Positions 1 to 8,204 are shown, counted from the first letter of the stretch. The stretch: DNA of 35,874 bases from a bacterium (GCA_029555085.1 JAKPTO010000008.1:1-35874), one strand, 5' to 3'. Notes: generated by a model not told the origin, from the sequence alone. Program-made: numbers and translations.

Positions 1-108
1 GTGGATTACAGAGTTGGGAGATACTCTGTATCTACATATATAGGGATGGATACAGAATCTCCCCACTCAAAAACTGGGTGGCTGGAGATAATAGTGGCTT
101 TAAAATAA
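1..108 (+). CDS. Possible 3' end of a CDS truncated by the window edge (...DTESPHSKTGWLEIIVALK*)
   Basis: Frame 1 is open from base 1 to TAA at 106-108 and is followed by hairpins, including a terminator. No recognisable motif. Confidence 0.3.
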   Translation: MDYRVGRYSVSTYIGMDTESPHSKTGWLEIIVALK

Positions 109-131
109 AGCCACTGGTTAAAAGGTTTAGT

Positions 132-163
132 AAGCGTCGAATAATCCAATTCGACGCTTTTTT
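132..163 (+). terminator. Intrinsic terminator
   Basis: Perfect 11-bp stem AAGCGTCGAAT/ATTCGACGCTT, 6-nt loop, T tract. Confidence 0.75.
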
Positions 164-239
164 AAAAACTCTACCATACTATTAATAAATCAAATAATAT
201 ATAATATATATGATTATAATAAAATCAAAAGGAGAAAAA

Positions 240-989
240 ATGAATAAAAAAATTAATAAAATTTATTCTGGCAATGAGGCAAAAAAGTGGTACCGGGATA
301 AACCGCAATCAATTTCTGATTTTGTTGGCAAGGAAAGACTTTTACAAACCATCAAAAAAGAAATCGAAAATAAATGTGTTCTAGATTTGGGTTGTGGGGA
401 GGGTTATATTACAAGAAAAATTGCCAAAACAGCAAAAAAAATAATTGGCATTGATTTATCCCAAGATATGATAGATATAGCCAATCAGACAAACAAATAT
501 AATAATGTTTCTTATCTTATTTTAGATATAAAAAATATTGAACAAATAAAAGAAACCTTTGATGTGATTGTGATAAGTTTAGTCTTACATTATTTTACAC
601 ATGAAGAGTTAAAAACTGTATCAAAAAAGATTGCCAAACTTCTCAGACCAGGTGGGAAAATATATATTCTGGGTATTAACACAGATGAATTAATTAAACA
701 TAAATCATCTGTTTGGATTAGACATAAAAAATTCCAAAATATAAAAATAGATAGTTTCTTAGAGATTAAATGTTTAATTACTTGCGGAGAATATAAAAAC
801 TCTTATAGAAGAGTTGGTTTTTATTATTACAAACTCGAACACTATATTAAATCTTTTATCAATAGTGGTCTTGATTTAATAAATATTAAATATTTATCTC
901 CGACAAAAAAATTATTAAAACAATTTCCATCAATGGAATCTGAAAAAAATCTATATGTTTTAATGATTTTTGAAAAAAACGATAAATAA
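240..989 (+). CDS. Class I SAM-dependent methyltransferase
   Basis: Motif I VLDLGCGEG, IGIDLS, FDVIV, LRPGG. Start moved from 210 to ATG 240 because GGAG lies at 231-234. Confidence 0.85.
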   Translation: MNKKINKIYSGNEAKKWYRDKPQSISDFVGKERLLQTIKKEIENKCVLDLGCGEGYITRKIAKTAKKIIGIDLSQDMIDIANQTNKYNNVSYLILDIKNIEQIKETFDVIVISLVLHYFTHEELKTVSKKIAKLLRPGGKIYILGINTDELIKHKSSVWIRHKKFQNIKIDSFLEIKCLITCGEYKNSYRRVGFYYYKLEHYIKSFINSGLDLINIKYLSPTKKLLKQFPSMESEKNLYVLMIFEKNDK

Positions 990-993
990 CAAT

Positions 994-1030
994 AAAGTGC
1001 CCTCGAGCGAAGTCGAAGGGGCACTTTTTT
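994..1030 (+). terminator. Intrinsic terminator with a REP-like core
   Basis: Stem AAAGTGCCC/GGGCACTTT enclosing TCGAGCGAAGTCGAAG, then a T tract, just after the methyltransferase stop. Confidence 0.7.
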
Positions 1031-1036
1031 ATTTTT

Positions 1037-1064
1037 AAAAAGAGCCAAGTTAAACTTGGCTCTT
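1037..1064 (-). terminator. Intrinsic terminator of the ftsH-L,D-transpeptidase transcript
   Basis: Stem AAGAGCCAAGT/ACTTGGCTCTT with a T run on the minus strand, immediately after the stop at 1069. Confidence 0.65.
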
Positions 1065-1068
1065 AAAA

Positions 1069-1824
1069 TTATTCTTGCTTTATTCCCCAATTCATTAATG
1101 TATCATCTTTACCGATCCACACTGGAACATCTTTTTCAATTAAAGAAAAAAGTTCCTCTACATCACCATTTATCATTCTTACGCAACCGTGGGAAATATT
1201 TTTTCCAATAGAGTATGGACTTGAATTTCCATGAATTCCATATCTATATCCACCACCATAAGACAACCCAATCCACCTATATCCGAGGGGATTGTTTTTC
1301 TTACCTCCGGCAATTGGCTTTGCGTATCCGCCACCACCCCACCAAGGATTTATTAGCTTATCAACAACACTAAACTTTCCTTCTGGTGTTGGACTTCCAT
1401 GAGCGCCTATTGCAATAGGATATTTCTTTAAAACTTTGCATTCTTGATAAAGAGTCAAAATTCTTTTCGATAAATTTAACACAATCCACTTATCTTTTGT
1501 TGCTGGATTTTTTATTTCATCACTGTATTGAAAATCTTTTGAATTTAATCTTTTCAATATGGTCTCAATTGTTATTGGTCCACAAACACCATCAACACGC
1601 AAATTATTGTCTGCCTGAAAACGAATCAAAGCATTTCTAAGATTAAGTTTCTCAATATTGGTTTCTTTTTCGTTGTAATAAGCCAAGCTTCTTAAATCTT
1701 CTTTCAATCTCTCATCACTATATTGCTCTGTGTTTGAAGTTTCATTATTGTTTGCAAACAAACTAAAACTCAAACAAAAAAACAATACAAGTATTGTGCT
1801 CTTTTGCAAAACATCTTTTTTCAA
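1069..1824 (-). CDS. L,D-transpeptidase (YkuD family) with signal peptide and peptidoglycan-binding domain
   Basis: Hydrophobic N-terminus; FQADNNLRVDGVCGPIT (PG_binding_1-like); catalytic motif YGIHG...SHGCVRM; AGGAGG SD. Confidence 0.9.
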   Translation of the reverse strand: MKKDVLQKSTILVLFFCLSFSLFANNNETSNTEQYSDERLKEDLRSLAYYNEKETNIEKLNLRNALIRFQADNNLRVDGVCGPITIETILKRLNSKDFQYSDEIKNPATKDKWIVLNLSKRILTLYQECKVLKKYPIAIGAHGSPTPEGKFSVVDKLINPWWGGGGYAKPIAGGKKNNPLGYRWIGLSYGGGYRYGIHGNSSPYSIGKNISHGCVRMINGDVEELFSLIEKDVPVWIGKDDTLMNWGIKQE

Positions 1825-1848
1825 TTTTACCTCCTTTTATATAAACAA

Positions 1849-3660
1849 TTATTCCTTCATCAAAGCTTCAAACTCTTCTTTTTCAATTGTTTCTTTTTCT
1901 AAAAGCATATTTGCAATTTTATTTAACTTTTCTCTATTCTCTTTAATTGTCTTTTCTGCTAATTTATAACAACCATCAATCAATTCTTTGATTTCTAAAT
2001 CGATTTTTTTTGCTACATCTTCGCTATAATCCCTGTCTTCATGAATTTCACGACCCAAAAAAACCATTTCAGTATTTTTACCAAATGCTCTATATCCCAA
2101 TTCTTTATTCATTGCAAATTTTGTAATCATTTTTTTTGCCAAATCAGAAACTTGTTGCAAATCAGAACTTGCTCCATTTGTAATTTCTCCAAATACTATG
2201 TTCTCTGAACACAAACCACCGAGCATCATTGCAATTTCATCTATAAATTCTGATTTTGTGTTTAAATACCTATCTACCTCTGGTAAATTCATAGTATATC
2301 CTGCTGCGCGTCCACGAGAAATAATTGACACTTTATGAACTGGATCACAATTTGGTAACATGTGTCCAACAAGCGCATGTCCGGCCTCATGATATGCTGT
2401 AATTTTTCCCTCTTTATCTGTTAAAATATGGCTTTTTCTCTCTGGTCCCAACATTACTTTTTCTATACTATCTAAAATATCCTGCTGAGCAATTCTTTTC
2501 TTATTATTTCTTGCTGATAAAATTGCCGCTTCGTTTAAAACATTTCTTAAATCCGCACCAGAAAATCCTGGCGTACGTTGAGCGACTATTTCCAAATTAA
2601 CATCATCTTCAAATGGTTTATTTTTTGCGTGAATTTCTAAAATTTCTTTTCTATCTTTTTTATCAGGCCTATCAATCACAACTCGTCTATCAAATCTTCC
2701 TGGACGAAGAAGCGCTGGATCCAAAACATCGGGTCTATTTGTGGCAGCAACTACTATTATATTTGTCTGATTATCAAAACCATCCATTTCAACTAAAATC
2801 TGATTTAATGTTTGCTCTCTTTCATCATGACTTCCGCCAAGTCCTGCTCCGCGCTGGCGACCAACAGCATCTATTTCATCAATAAAAACAATACATGGCG
2901 CGCTTTTTTTAGCTTTTTTGAAAAGATCTCTTACGCGTGAAGCTCCCACACCAACAAACATTTCTACAAACTCAGATCCTGATATATGAAAAAATGGGAC
3001 ATCTGCCTCACCGGCTATTGCTCTTGCAAGAAGCGTTTTTCCTGTTCCTGGCGCTCCAAGAAGTAATACTCCTTTTGGAATTTCCGCACCAAGTTTTGTG
3101 AATTTTGATGAATCTTTTAAAAACTCCACTATTTCTTTTAATTCTTCTTTTGCTTCATACACACCTGCAACATCATTAAAAGTAACTTTTTTTCTTTTAT
3201 CCGCCTCTTTTACTGAAGATTCTCCAAAACTAAGCGCTTTTGTGTTCGCACCTTGAACTTTTCTAAACATAAACCACACAAAAGTAGCAATCAGAACAAA
3301 TGGTAATAAAATTGGAATAATAAAATTAAATAAAATATTTGAACTCGAATCGTCTTTTATAGAAATATTTATTGAAGACAATTTTTCTTGTGAAACTCCT
3401 AAATTTATCATTGTCTCCGTGAAAGAAGTTTCTTTTTCTTTTTTTGATTCTTTTGTCTCATTATTTTTCAAATCTATTTTTAGATCTTCTCCAAAAACCT
3501 CAACTTTAGAAACTTCTTCATTTTGAATTTTTTTGCCAAGCTCAACTAAAGAAATTTCTTTTTCTGATTTTTTACTTGTATCATAAAAGCTAAAAATAAA
3601 AGCAACTACTAAAATAGTGATAAAAAATATAATCAAATTTTTGAATGTATTATTCTTCAT
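1849..3660 (-). CDS. ftsH: ATP-dependent zinc metalloprotease FtsH
   Basis: Two TM segments, Walker A GAPGTGKT, Walker [12 protein letters not shown] region RPGRFDR, HEAGH zinc motif. Confidence 0.98.
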   Translation of the reverse strand: MKNNTFKNLIIFFITILVVAFIFSFYDTSKKSEKEISLVELGKKIQNEEVSKVEVFGEDLKIDLKNNETKESKKEKETSFTETMINLGVSQEKLSSINISIKDDSSSNILFNFIIPILLPFVLIATFVWFMFRKVQGANTKALSFGESSVKEADKRKKVTFNDVAGVYEAKEELKEIVEFLKDSSKFTKLGAEIPKGVLLLGAPGTGKTLLARAIAGEADVPFFHISGSEFVEMFVGVGASRVRDLFKKAKKSAPCIVFIDEIDAVGRQRGAGLGGSHDEREQTLNQILVEMDGFDNQTNIIVVAATNRPDVLDPALLRPGRFDRRVVIDRPDKKDRKEILEIHAKNKPFEDDVNLEIVAQRTPGFSGADLRNVLNEAAILSARNNKKRIAQQDILDSIEKVMLGPERKSHILTDKEGKITAYHEAGHALVGHMLPNCDPVHKVSIISRGRAAGYTMNLPEVDRYLNTKSEFIDEIAMMLGGLCSENIVFGEITNGASSDLQQVSDLAKKMITKFAMNKELGYRAFGKNTEMVFLGREIHEDRDYSEDVAKKIDLEIKELIDGCYKLAEKTIKENREKLNKIANMLLEKETIEKEEFEALMKE

Positions 3661-3688
3661 TTATTTAGTAAAAATTCTTAATTATATT

Positions 3689-3717
3689 ATTATACAGAAA
3701 GACAAAAACCAAAGCAA
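3689..3717 (-). promoter_or_regulatory. Sigma70-type promoter for ftsH
   Basis: TTGCTT-17 bp-TATAAT on the minus strand. Confidence 0.55.
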
Positions 3718-3719
3718 AA

Positions 3720-4916
3720 TTACTCTTTTTTGTCTTCTGATTTATCCTCAACAGTTTCCTCTTTTTTTATTTCTTTAGTTTCTTTTATAGTTTCAGCTTC
3801 TTCTTTCTTTAAAGATTTTTTGTATGTTTTAAGAGATAATCCCAATCTATGTTGTTCTGGTTCTAAGTTTATAATTGTAAAATCATACGAATTTCCAACT
3901 TTTACAACATCCTCTGGGCTATGTATTATTTTATCACTTAATTCAGATATATGGGCAAGACCATGAATATCTTTGTCTAGCTCTATAAAAGCTCCAAATG
4001 GATTTATCTTTAAAATTTTCCCCCTAACCTTGTCACCGACCTTGTATTTCTTTGCTATATTTATCCATGGATCTTTTTGTAATCTCTTCATAGAAAGAGA
4101 AATTCTTCCGTCATCAACTGAAATAATTTCTGCCTTAACCTTGTCACCAACCTTTACAACATCACTTGGATCGTCAATTCTCTGCCAAGCAAGTTCAGAA
4201 ATATGGACAAGTCCCTCTAAATTCTCTCCAAACTCAACAAAAATTCCAAAATCAGCAACTCCCGTAACTTTTCCTTCTACAACTTTTCCAACTGTAAATT
4301 CTGCAAGTGTTTTCTTTTGCTCCTCTGCCCAAGCTGATTTTTGTGAAACTATTAATTTGCTTTCTCTTTCATCAACATCAATTACAACAACAGAAAAAGT
4401 TTTTCCAATAAAAGATTTTAAATGCGCTAAAATTTTTGATTTATCGCCACCCTCAACTCTTGGATAATATTTTGTTGTTAACTGAGAAACCGGTAAAAAT
4501 CCCATTACATTTCCAAGTTTAACCATAAGACCACCTTTATTAGCATCAGTTACTCTCACTTCAACTAATTTTTCTTCCTTCATTATTTTTTCAAGTTCGT
4601 CCCATGCTTTTTGATGGCTAGCATATCTAAAAGATAATTCCATTATCCCCTTTTCATTATCAAGTTCCAAAACAGTTGCTGATACAACATCACCAATGGA
4701 ATAATTATCAGAAGCACCTGATTCATCATGTAATTCTCTCCCCCTAACAACTCCGCTTGTAATTCCCTTATAATCTAAAATAACCTCATTTTTTCCTATT
4801 GAAACTATATTACATTCTATTAAATCACCAACTTTGGGTAGTTTTATTTCATCATGTGTTCCCAAAATAGCGCCAAATGCACTTTTTGCTTTTTCTTTTG
4901 TTTCTTTTGTGCTCAT
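3720..4916 (-). CDS. rpsA: 30S ribosomal protein S1 (four S1 domains, K/E-rich tail)
   Basis: Repeated S1 motifs (GFLPVSQL, EGLVHISEL, HGLAHISEL, LSMKRL..DPW). Confidence 0.93.
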   Translation of the reverse strand: MSTKETKEKAKSAFGAILGTHDEIKLPKVGDLIECNIVSIGKNEVILDYKGITSGVVRGRELHDESGASDNYSIGDVVSATVLELDNEKGIMELSFRYASHQKAWDELEKIMKEEKLVEVRVTDANKGGLMVKLGNVMGFLPVSQLTTKYYPRVEGGDKSKILAHLKSFIGKTFSVVVIDVDERESKLIVSQKSAWAEEQKKTLAEFTVGKVVEGKVTGVADFGIFVEFGENLEGLVHISELAWQRIDDPSDVVKVGDKVKAEIISVDDGRISLSMKRLQKDPWINIAKKYKVGDKVRGKILKINPFGAFIELDKDIHGLAHISELSDKIIHSPEDVVKVGNSYDFTIINLEPEQHRLGLSLKTYKKSLKKEEAETIKETKEIKKEETVEDKSEDKKE

Positions 4917-5112
4917 AAAATTAAAAAAAGACCTTTTTAATTATTAAATACTTAAATTTTAACGGTCTTTGTGTCAAAATTTAAGCATAAGTAATATTAC
5001 CATAAATTATAAAAATTGCAATACCAGATAACTGAATGATTTACCTATAAAAAATGAGTCCCTTTTCTAAACATATTTTTATACCCCTTATTTCCAATTC
5101 AAAATCTAATAA

Positions 5113-5141
5113 TTGAAAAAGTATGAAAAAAAATATATTAT
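5113..5141 (+). promoter_or_regulatory. Sigma70-type promoter; predicted start site coincides with ATG 5148
   Basis: TTGAAA-17 bp-TATTAT, with the ATG 7 nt after the -10 box. Confidence 0.45.
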
Positions 5142-5147
5142 TTATAT

Positions 5148-5777
5148 ATGGAATATGTAAAAAAAATAGACAAAATAATAGATATCAACAATAAAAAGTC
5201 TCAAGAATTTAGAGCAAAATATTTTAGAACCATAATAAAAATACTTGATAAATCTGGTTTTACTGCAAATTCTTTAAGTTTTATACGCGCGATATCTGGA
5301 GTAATATTTTTCTTTCTAGTAAAATTCAATTTTTTAATTGCATTTATAATTTTAATAATTGGTGGATTTACAGATTTTTTTGATGGAGCTCTTGCAAGAT
5401 ATCAAAAAAAAGACAGTGACAGGGGGAAATTTATAGACATGGTTTGTGATAACCTACTTTTTGTATTTTTTGTATTGGGTCTTATAAAAATAGAATTTAT
5501 CAGTTCGCTAAATTTAGCTTATTTTATTTTCATACTACCGGCGCTTTATTTAATTATAGTTACAAACAAAAACGAATTTTTAAAAAATGATTGGATAATA
5601 GTTCCATATGCGAGAATAACTTATTACAAAATAATTTTTGAAATAGGTTTTTTACTTGTAATTATATTTGGGGTAAGTAAAAATTTTTTCAACTCCATAG
5701 TTATAATTTTAAATATTTTAATGAGTGCTCATTTTTCGTTCCACTTCTATAAATTTTTAACTAAAAAATATAAATGA
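5148..5777 (+). CDS. CDP-alcohol phosphatidyltransferase family membrane protein
   Basis: Full signature DxxDGxxAR(x8)GxxxDxxxD (DFFDGALARYQKKDSDRGKFIDMVCD); multiple TM helices. Confidence 0.9.
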   Translation: MEYVKKIDKIIDINNKKSQEFRAKYFRTIIKILDKSGFTANSLSFIRAISGVIFFFLVKFNFLIAFIILIIGGFTDFFDGALARYQKKDSDRGKFIDMVCDNLLFVFFVLGLIKIEFISSLNLAYFIFILPALYLIIVTNKNEFLKNDWIIVPYARITYYKIIFEIGFLLVIIFGVSKNFFNSIVIILNILMSAHFSFHFYKFLTKKYK

Positions 5778-6286
5778 TTTATATTTTAAAAATTATCTGG
5801 ATTTTTTTACCAGGAGCCATGGCAAACATGGCGCCTTTACTTTTTCTTAATTGTAATTTTTTAAACATTCCAATTAATAAAAAATTATTTGGTAAAAATA
5901 AAACTTGGCGTGGAATATTTTTCGGAATAATTTTATCAATTATAACTACTTTTTTACAAAAAATATCAAGCGCGCTTTTTCATAATATTGAAATTCTGAA
6001 CTACAATGAAATAAATATTCTTATCTTTGGTTTTCTTATGGGCTTTGGCGCGCTTACAGGAGATTTATTAAAAAGTTTTATAAAAAGAAGATTAAGCATA
6101 CTCCCAGGAAAACCATTTCTTGTCTTCGATCAAATTGATTGGATAATTGGCTCATTAATAATTTTGAATTTTTATACAAAAATAAAAATTGAATTTGCAA
6201 TATATTCAATTTTAATATTAGGAACACTACACTTTTTTATAAATATAATTTCTTACAATCTCAAAATAAGAAAAACTATTTTATAA
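5774..6286 (+). CDS. CarS-like (CDP-archaeol synthase / DUF46 family) membrane cytidylyltransferase
   Basis: Motifs LPGAMANMAP, FGKNKTWRG, GDLLKSFIKRRL, PGKPF..FDQID; about 170 aa; ATGA overlap with the upstream gene. Confidence 0.85.
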   Translation: MIYILKIIWIFLPGAMANMAPLLFLNCNFLNIPINKKLFGKNKTWRGIFFGIILSIITTFLQKISSALFHNIEILNYNEINILIFGFLMGFGALTGDLLKSFIKRRLSILPGKPFLVFDQIDWIIGSLIILNFYTKIKIEFAIYSILILGTLHFFINIISYNLKIRKTIL

Positions 6287-6288
6287 AA

Positions 6289-6717
6289 TTATTTTTTATA
6301 TCTTAAAACTTTTATTATTTTTCTTTTTCCCATATATGTAAAATGGTGCTCTCTAGGGCATCTGTATTTTTCTGAATTACTTATCGCTCTTTTATTACCA
6401 ATATAAAATCCCATATGATAATGTCCGGATTTATTTTTATCCCAAACTAATACATCTCCCAATTCTAAATTATTAATATCAACTTTTTTCCAATTATTTT
6501 TATTCATATCTTTAACACAACTTACAACCCTAAGATGTGCATATTCTATAAGTTTAAATTTTAAAAGAACTTCTGAAACAAATTTCGCACAAGATAATTT
6601 ACCATTTTGTAAAAGATCTATTTTTTTATTATTCTTTACAATAAAATAATTTCTAAAAATCTTAGAGTCTATACATTTTTTTGAATAATTCAAATACTTA
6701 TTTATTATTGCTTTCAT
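6289..6717 (-). CDS. Hypothetical protein, NlpC/P60-like papain fold
   Basis: LSCAKFVS (Cys), GDVLVW and HMGFYIG (His) spaced as in the NlpC/P60 superfamily. Confidence 0.55.
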   Translation of the reverse strand: MKAIINKYLNYSKKCIDSKIFRNYFIVKNNKKIDLLQNGKLSCAKFVSEVLLKFKLIEYAHLRVVSCVKDMNKNNWKKVDINNLELGDVLVWDKNKSGHYHMGFYIGNKRAISNSEKYRCPREHHFTYMGKRKIIKVLRYKK

Positions 6718-6989
6718 ATTTTTAATTTACAAAAAAAATATAATTTTTACAATATTTATAATGTAAAATAAAAAACCTTGAAAAATTTTATCACGACGAG
6801 ACTCCCACGCTAGAACTTATCTTAGTATATTAGTGTAAAGAAATAATAGAGAATAAAATTTTTATGAACTTGGCGCTGGAAGCTCCTAAAATCCTAAACA
6901 AGCGACAAGTCACCTCCGGAGAAACACCACCGACCACCCCGCTAAAAAAATCAAATATAAAAAAATCAAAAATTTGGTATAATTAAGTT

Positions 6990-7658
6990 ATGAATAAAAA
7001 TAATGATTTAATACAAAAAGCAATCTTAGAACGACACTCGGTTAGACATTATACAGAGAAAAAATTAGATGAAAATATTGTTTCAATGCTTCAAAATGAA
7101 ATAAAGCAGTTAAATGCTAAATCTGGTTTAAATTTTAAGTTAGTATTAAATGAACCGAAAGCCTTTCGTAGAAATATTTTTGGCTTAGCTCAATTTTCTA
7201 ATGTTGAAAATTACATTATGTTAATAGGTCCAGATGATCGCGCTACTTGTGAAAAAGTTGGATATTATGGCGAACAGCTAGTATTAAAAGCTCAAACGAA
7301 AGGTCTAAATACTTGTTGGGTTGGCGGATCTTTTGCGCATATTTCAGATATTATGACAACCAACAAAGGCGAAAAATTATATTGTGTAATAGCTATTGGT
7401 TATGGGAAAAATAACGGCAGGCAACATAAAAGCAAGCCATATGAAGCTGTAGTTGTTGGCTCTAAGCATCCGGAATGGTTTAAAGATGGAGTCGAAGCGG
7501 CATTACTCGCGCCAACGGCTTTTAATAGTCAAAATTTTACCTTTGAATTAAAGGGTGATTCGGTCTTAGCTTATGCACCAAATAAAAAATACGATCAAAT
7601 TGGTTTAGGAATAGTAAAATATCATTTTGAAATTGGCTCTGGTCGTAAACTATTCTAA
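6990..7658 (+). CDS. Nitroreductase family protein
   Basis: AILERHSVRHY FMN-binding start, GLNTCWVGG, C-terminal APTAFNSQ...GIVKYHFE. Confidence 0.85.
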   Translation: MNKNNDLIQKAILERHSVRHYTEKKLDENIVSMLQNEIKQLNAKSGLNFKLVLNEPKAFRRNIFGLAQFSNVENYIMLIGPDDRATCEKVGYYGEQLVLKAQTKGLNTCWVGGSFAHISDIMTTNKGEKLYCVIAIGYGKNNGRQHKSKPYEAVVVGSKHPEWFKDGVEAALLAPTAFNSQNFTFELKGDSVLAYAPNKKYDQIGLGIVKYHFEIGSGRKLF

Positions 7659-7803
7659 AACCTCATCAATAATATTTATAACTTCTGATAATTTTATCAA
7701 CTGCTTTTCTTACTCACATGACATATATTTTCAATGAAACAATCTTTGCTGTTTATAATTTTTGGATATTTTTCAAAATTTCAAACAGAACAATATAGTC
7801 GTC

Positions 7804-7837
7804 ATTACTATAAACTGAATATTACTATAAACTGAAT
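7804..7837. repeat. Perfect 17-bp tandem duplication (ATTACTATAAACTGAAT x2)
   Basis: Read directly at 7804-7820 and 7821-7837. Confidence 0.9.
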
Positions 7838-7937
7838 AAGATTATCCGACTAATTCAGAAATTTTATCAATTCGACATCACATAACGAAAATGGATTTGC
7901 AACGCTATTTAAAGCATCGCGACCTTCTTTTCTAAAC

Positions 7938-7957
7938 AAAAAATGCGCTTATGCGCA
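7938..7957 (-). terminator. Terminator downstream of tRNA-Ile
   Basis: Minus strand TGCGC-ATAA-GCGCA-TTTTTT. Confidence 0.55.
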
Positions 7958-7984
7958 AAATTTTAATTTGAAAAAGATCCATTA

Positions 7985-8061
7985 TGGTGGGCATAGATGG
8001 ACTTGAACCATCGACCCCCACTTTATAAGAGTGGTGCTCTAACCGTCTGAGCTATATGCCC
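7985..8061 (-). tRNA. tRNA-Ile (anticodon TAT/UAU)
   Basis: Complete cloverleaf GGGCATA TA GCTC AGACGGTTA GAGC A CCACT CTTATAA AGTGG GGGTC GATGG TTCAAGT CCATC TATGCCC A CCA. Confidence 0.95.
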
Positions 8062-8075
8062 TTTATATTTATACA

Positions 8076-8104
8076 ATAATATTATAAAAAGCAAGAAAAA
8101 TCAA
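8076..8104 (-). promoter_or_regulatory. Promoter for tRNA-Ile(UAU)
   Basis: TTGATT-17 bp-TATTAT on the minus strand just upstream of the tRNA. Confidence 0.45.
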
Positions 8105-8108
8105 TATT

Positions 8109-8153
8109 TGGTGGGCATATCTGAAATTAAACCAAAGACCTCTACAATGTCAA
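8109..8153 (-). pseudogene. Degenerate 3' half of a tRNA-Val(GAC), anticodon loop to CCA; att-like relic
   Basis: Minus strand TTGACAT TGTAG AGGTC TTTGG TTTAATT TCAGA TATGCCC A CCA; ungapped 45-nt colinearity with 8205-8249; no 5' half. Confidence 0.75.
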
Positions 8154-8204
8154 TTCTGTTATATAACAGGATAAACTCCACGCCATACTATTGTATATGT
8201 ATAA

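Noticed and set aside
984-1054. Integron attC-like site after the methyltransferase (stop within TAAC, long palindrome, downstream GTTAAAC)
   Set aside because: R'' does not fit RYYYAAC, the symmetric position reads TTT rather than GTT, and no integrase or second attC is visible. Two terminators explain it.
7660-7940. Pseudogene fragments downstream of the nitroreductase
   Set aside because: Only short open frames with no recognisable motif; cannot be supported without a search.
8156-8169. Palindrome CTGTTATATAACAG as a LexA box
   Set aside because: Spacing is CTG-N8-CAG, not N10, and it is not upstream of a repair gene.
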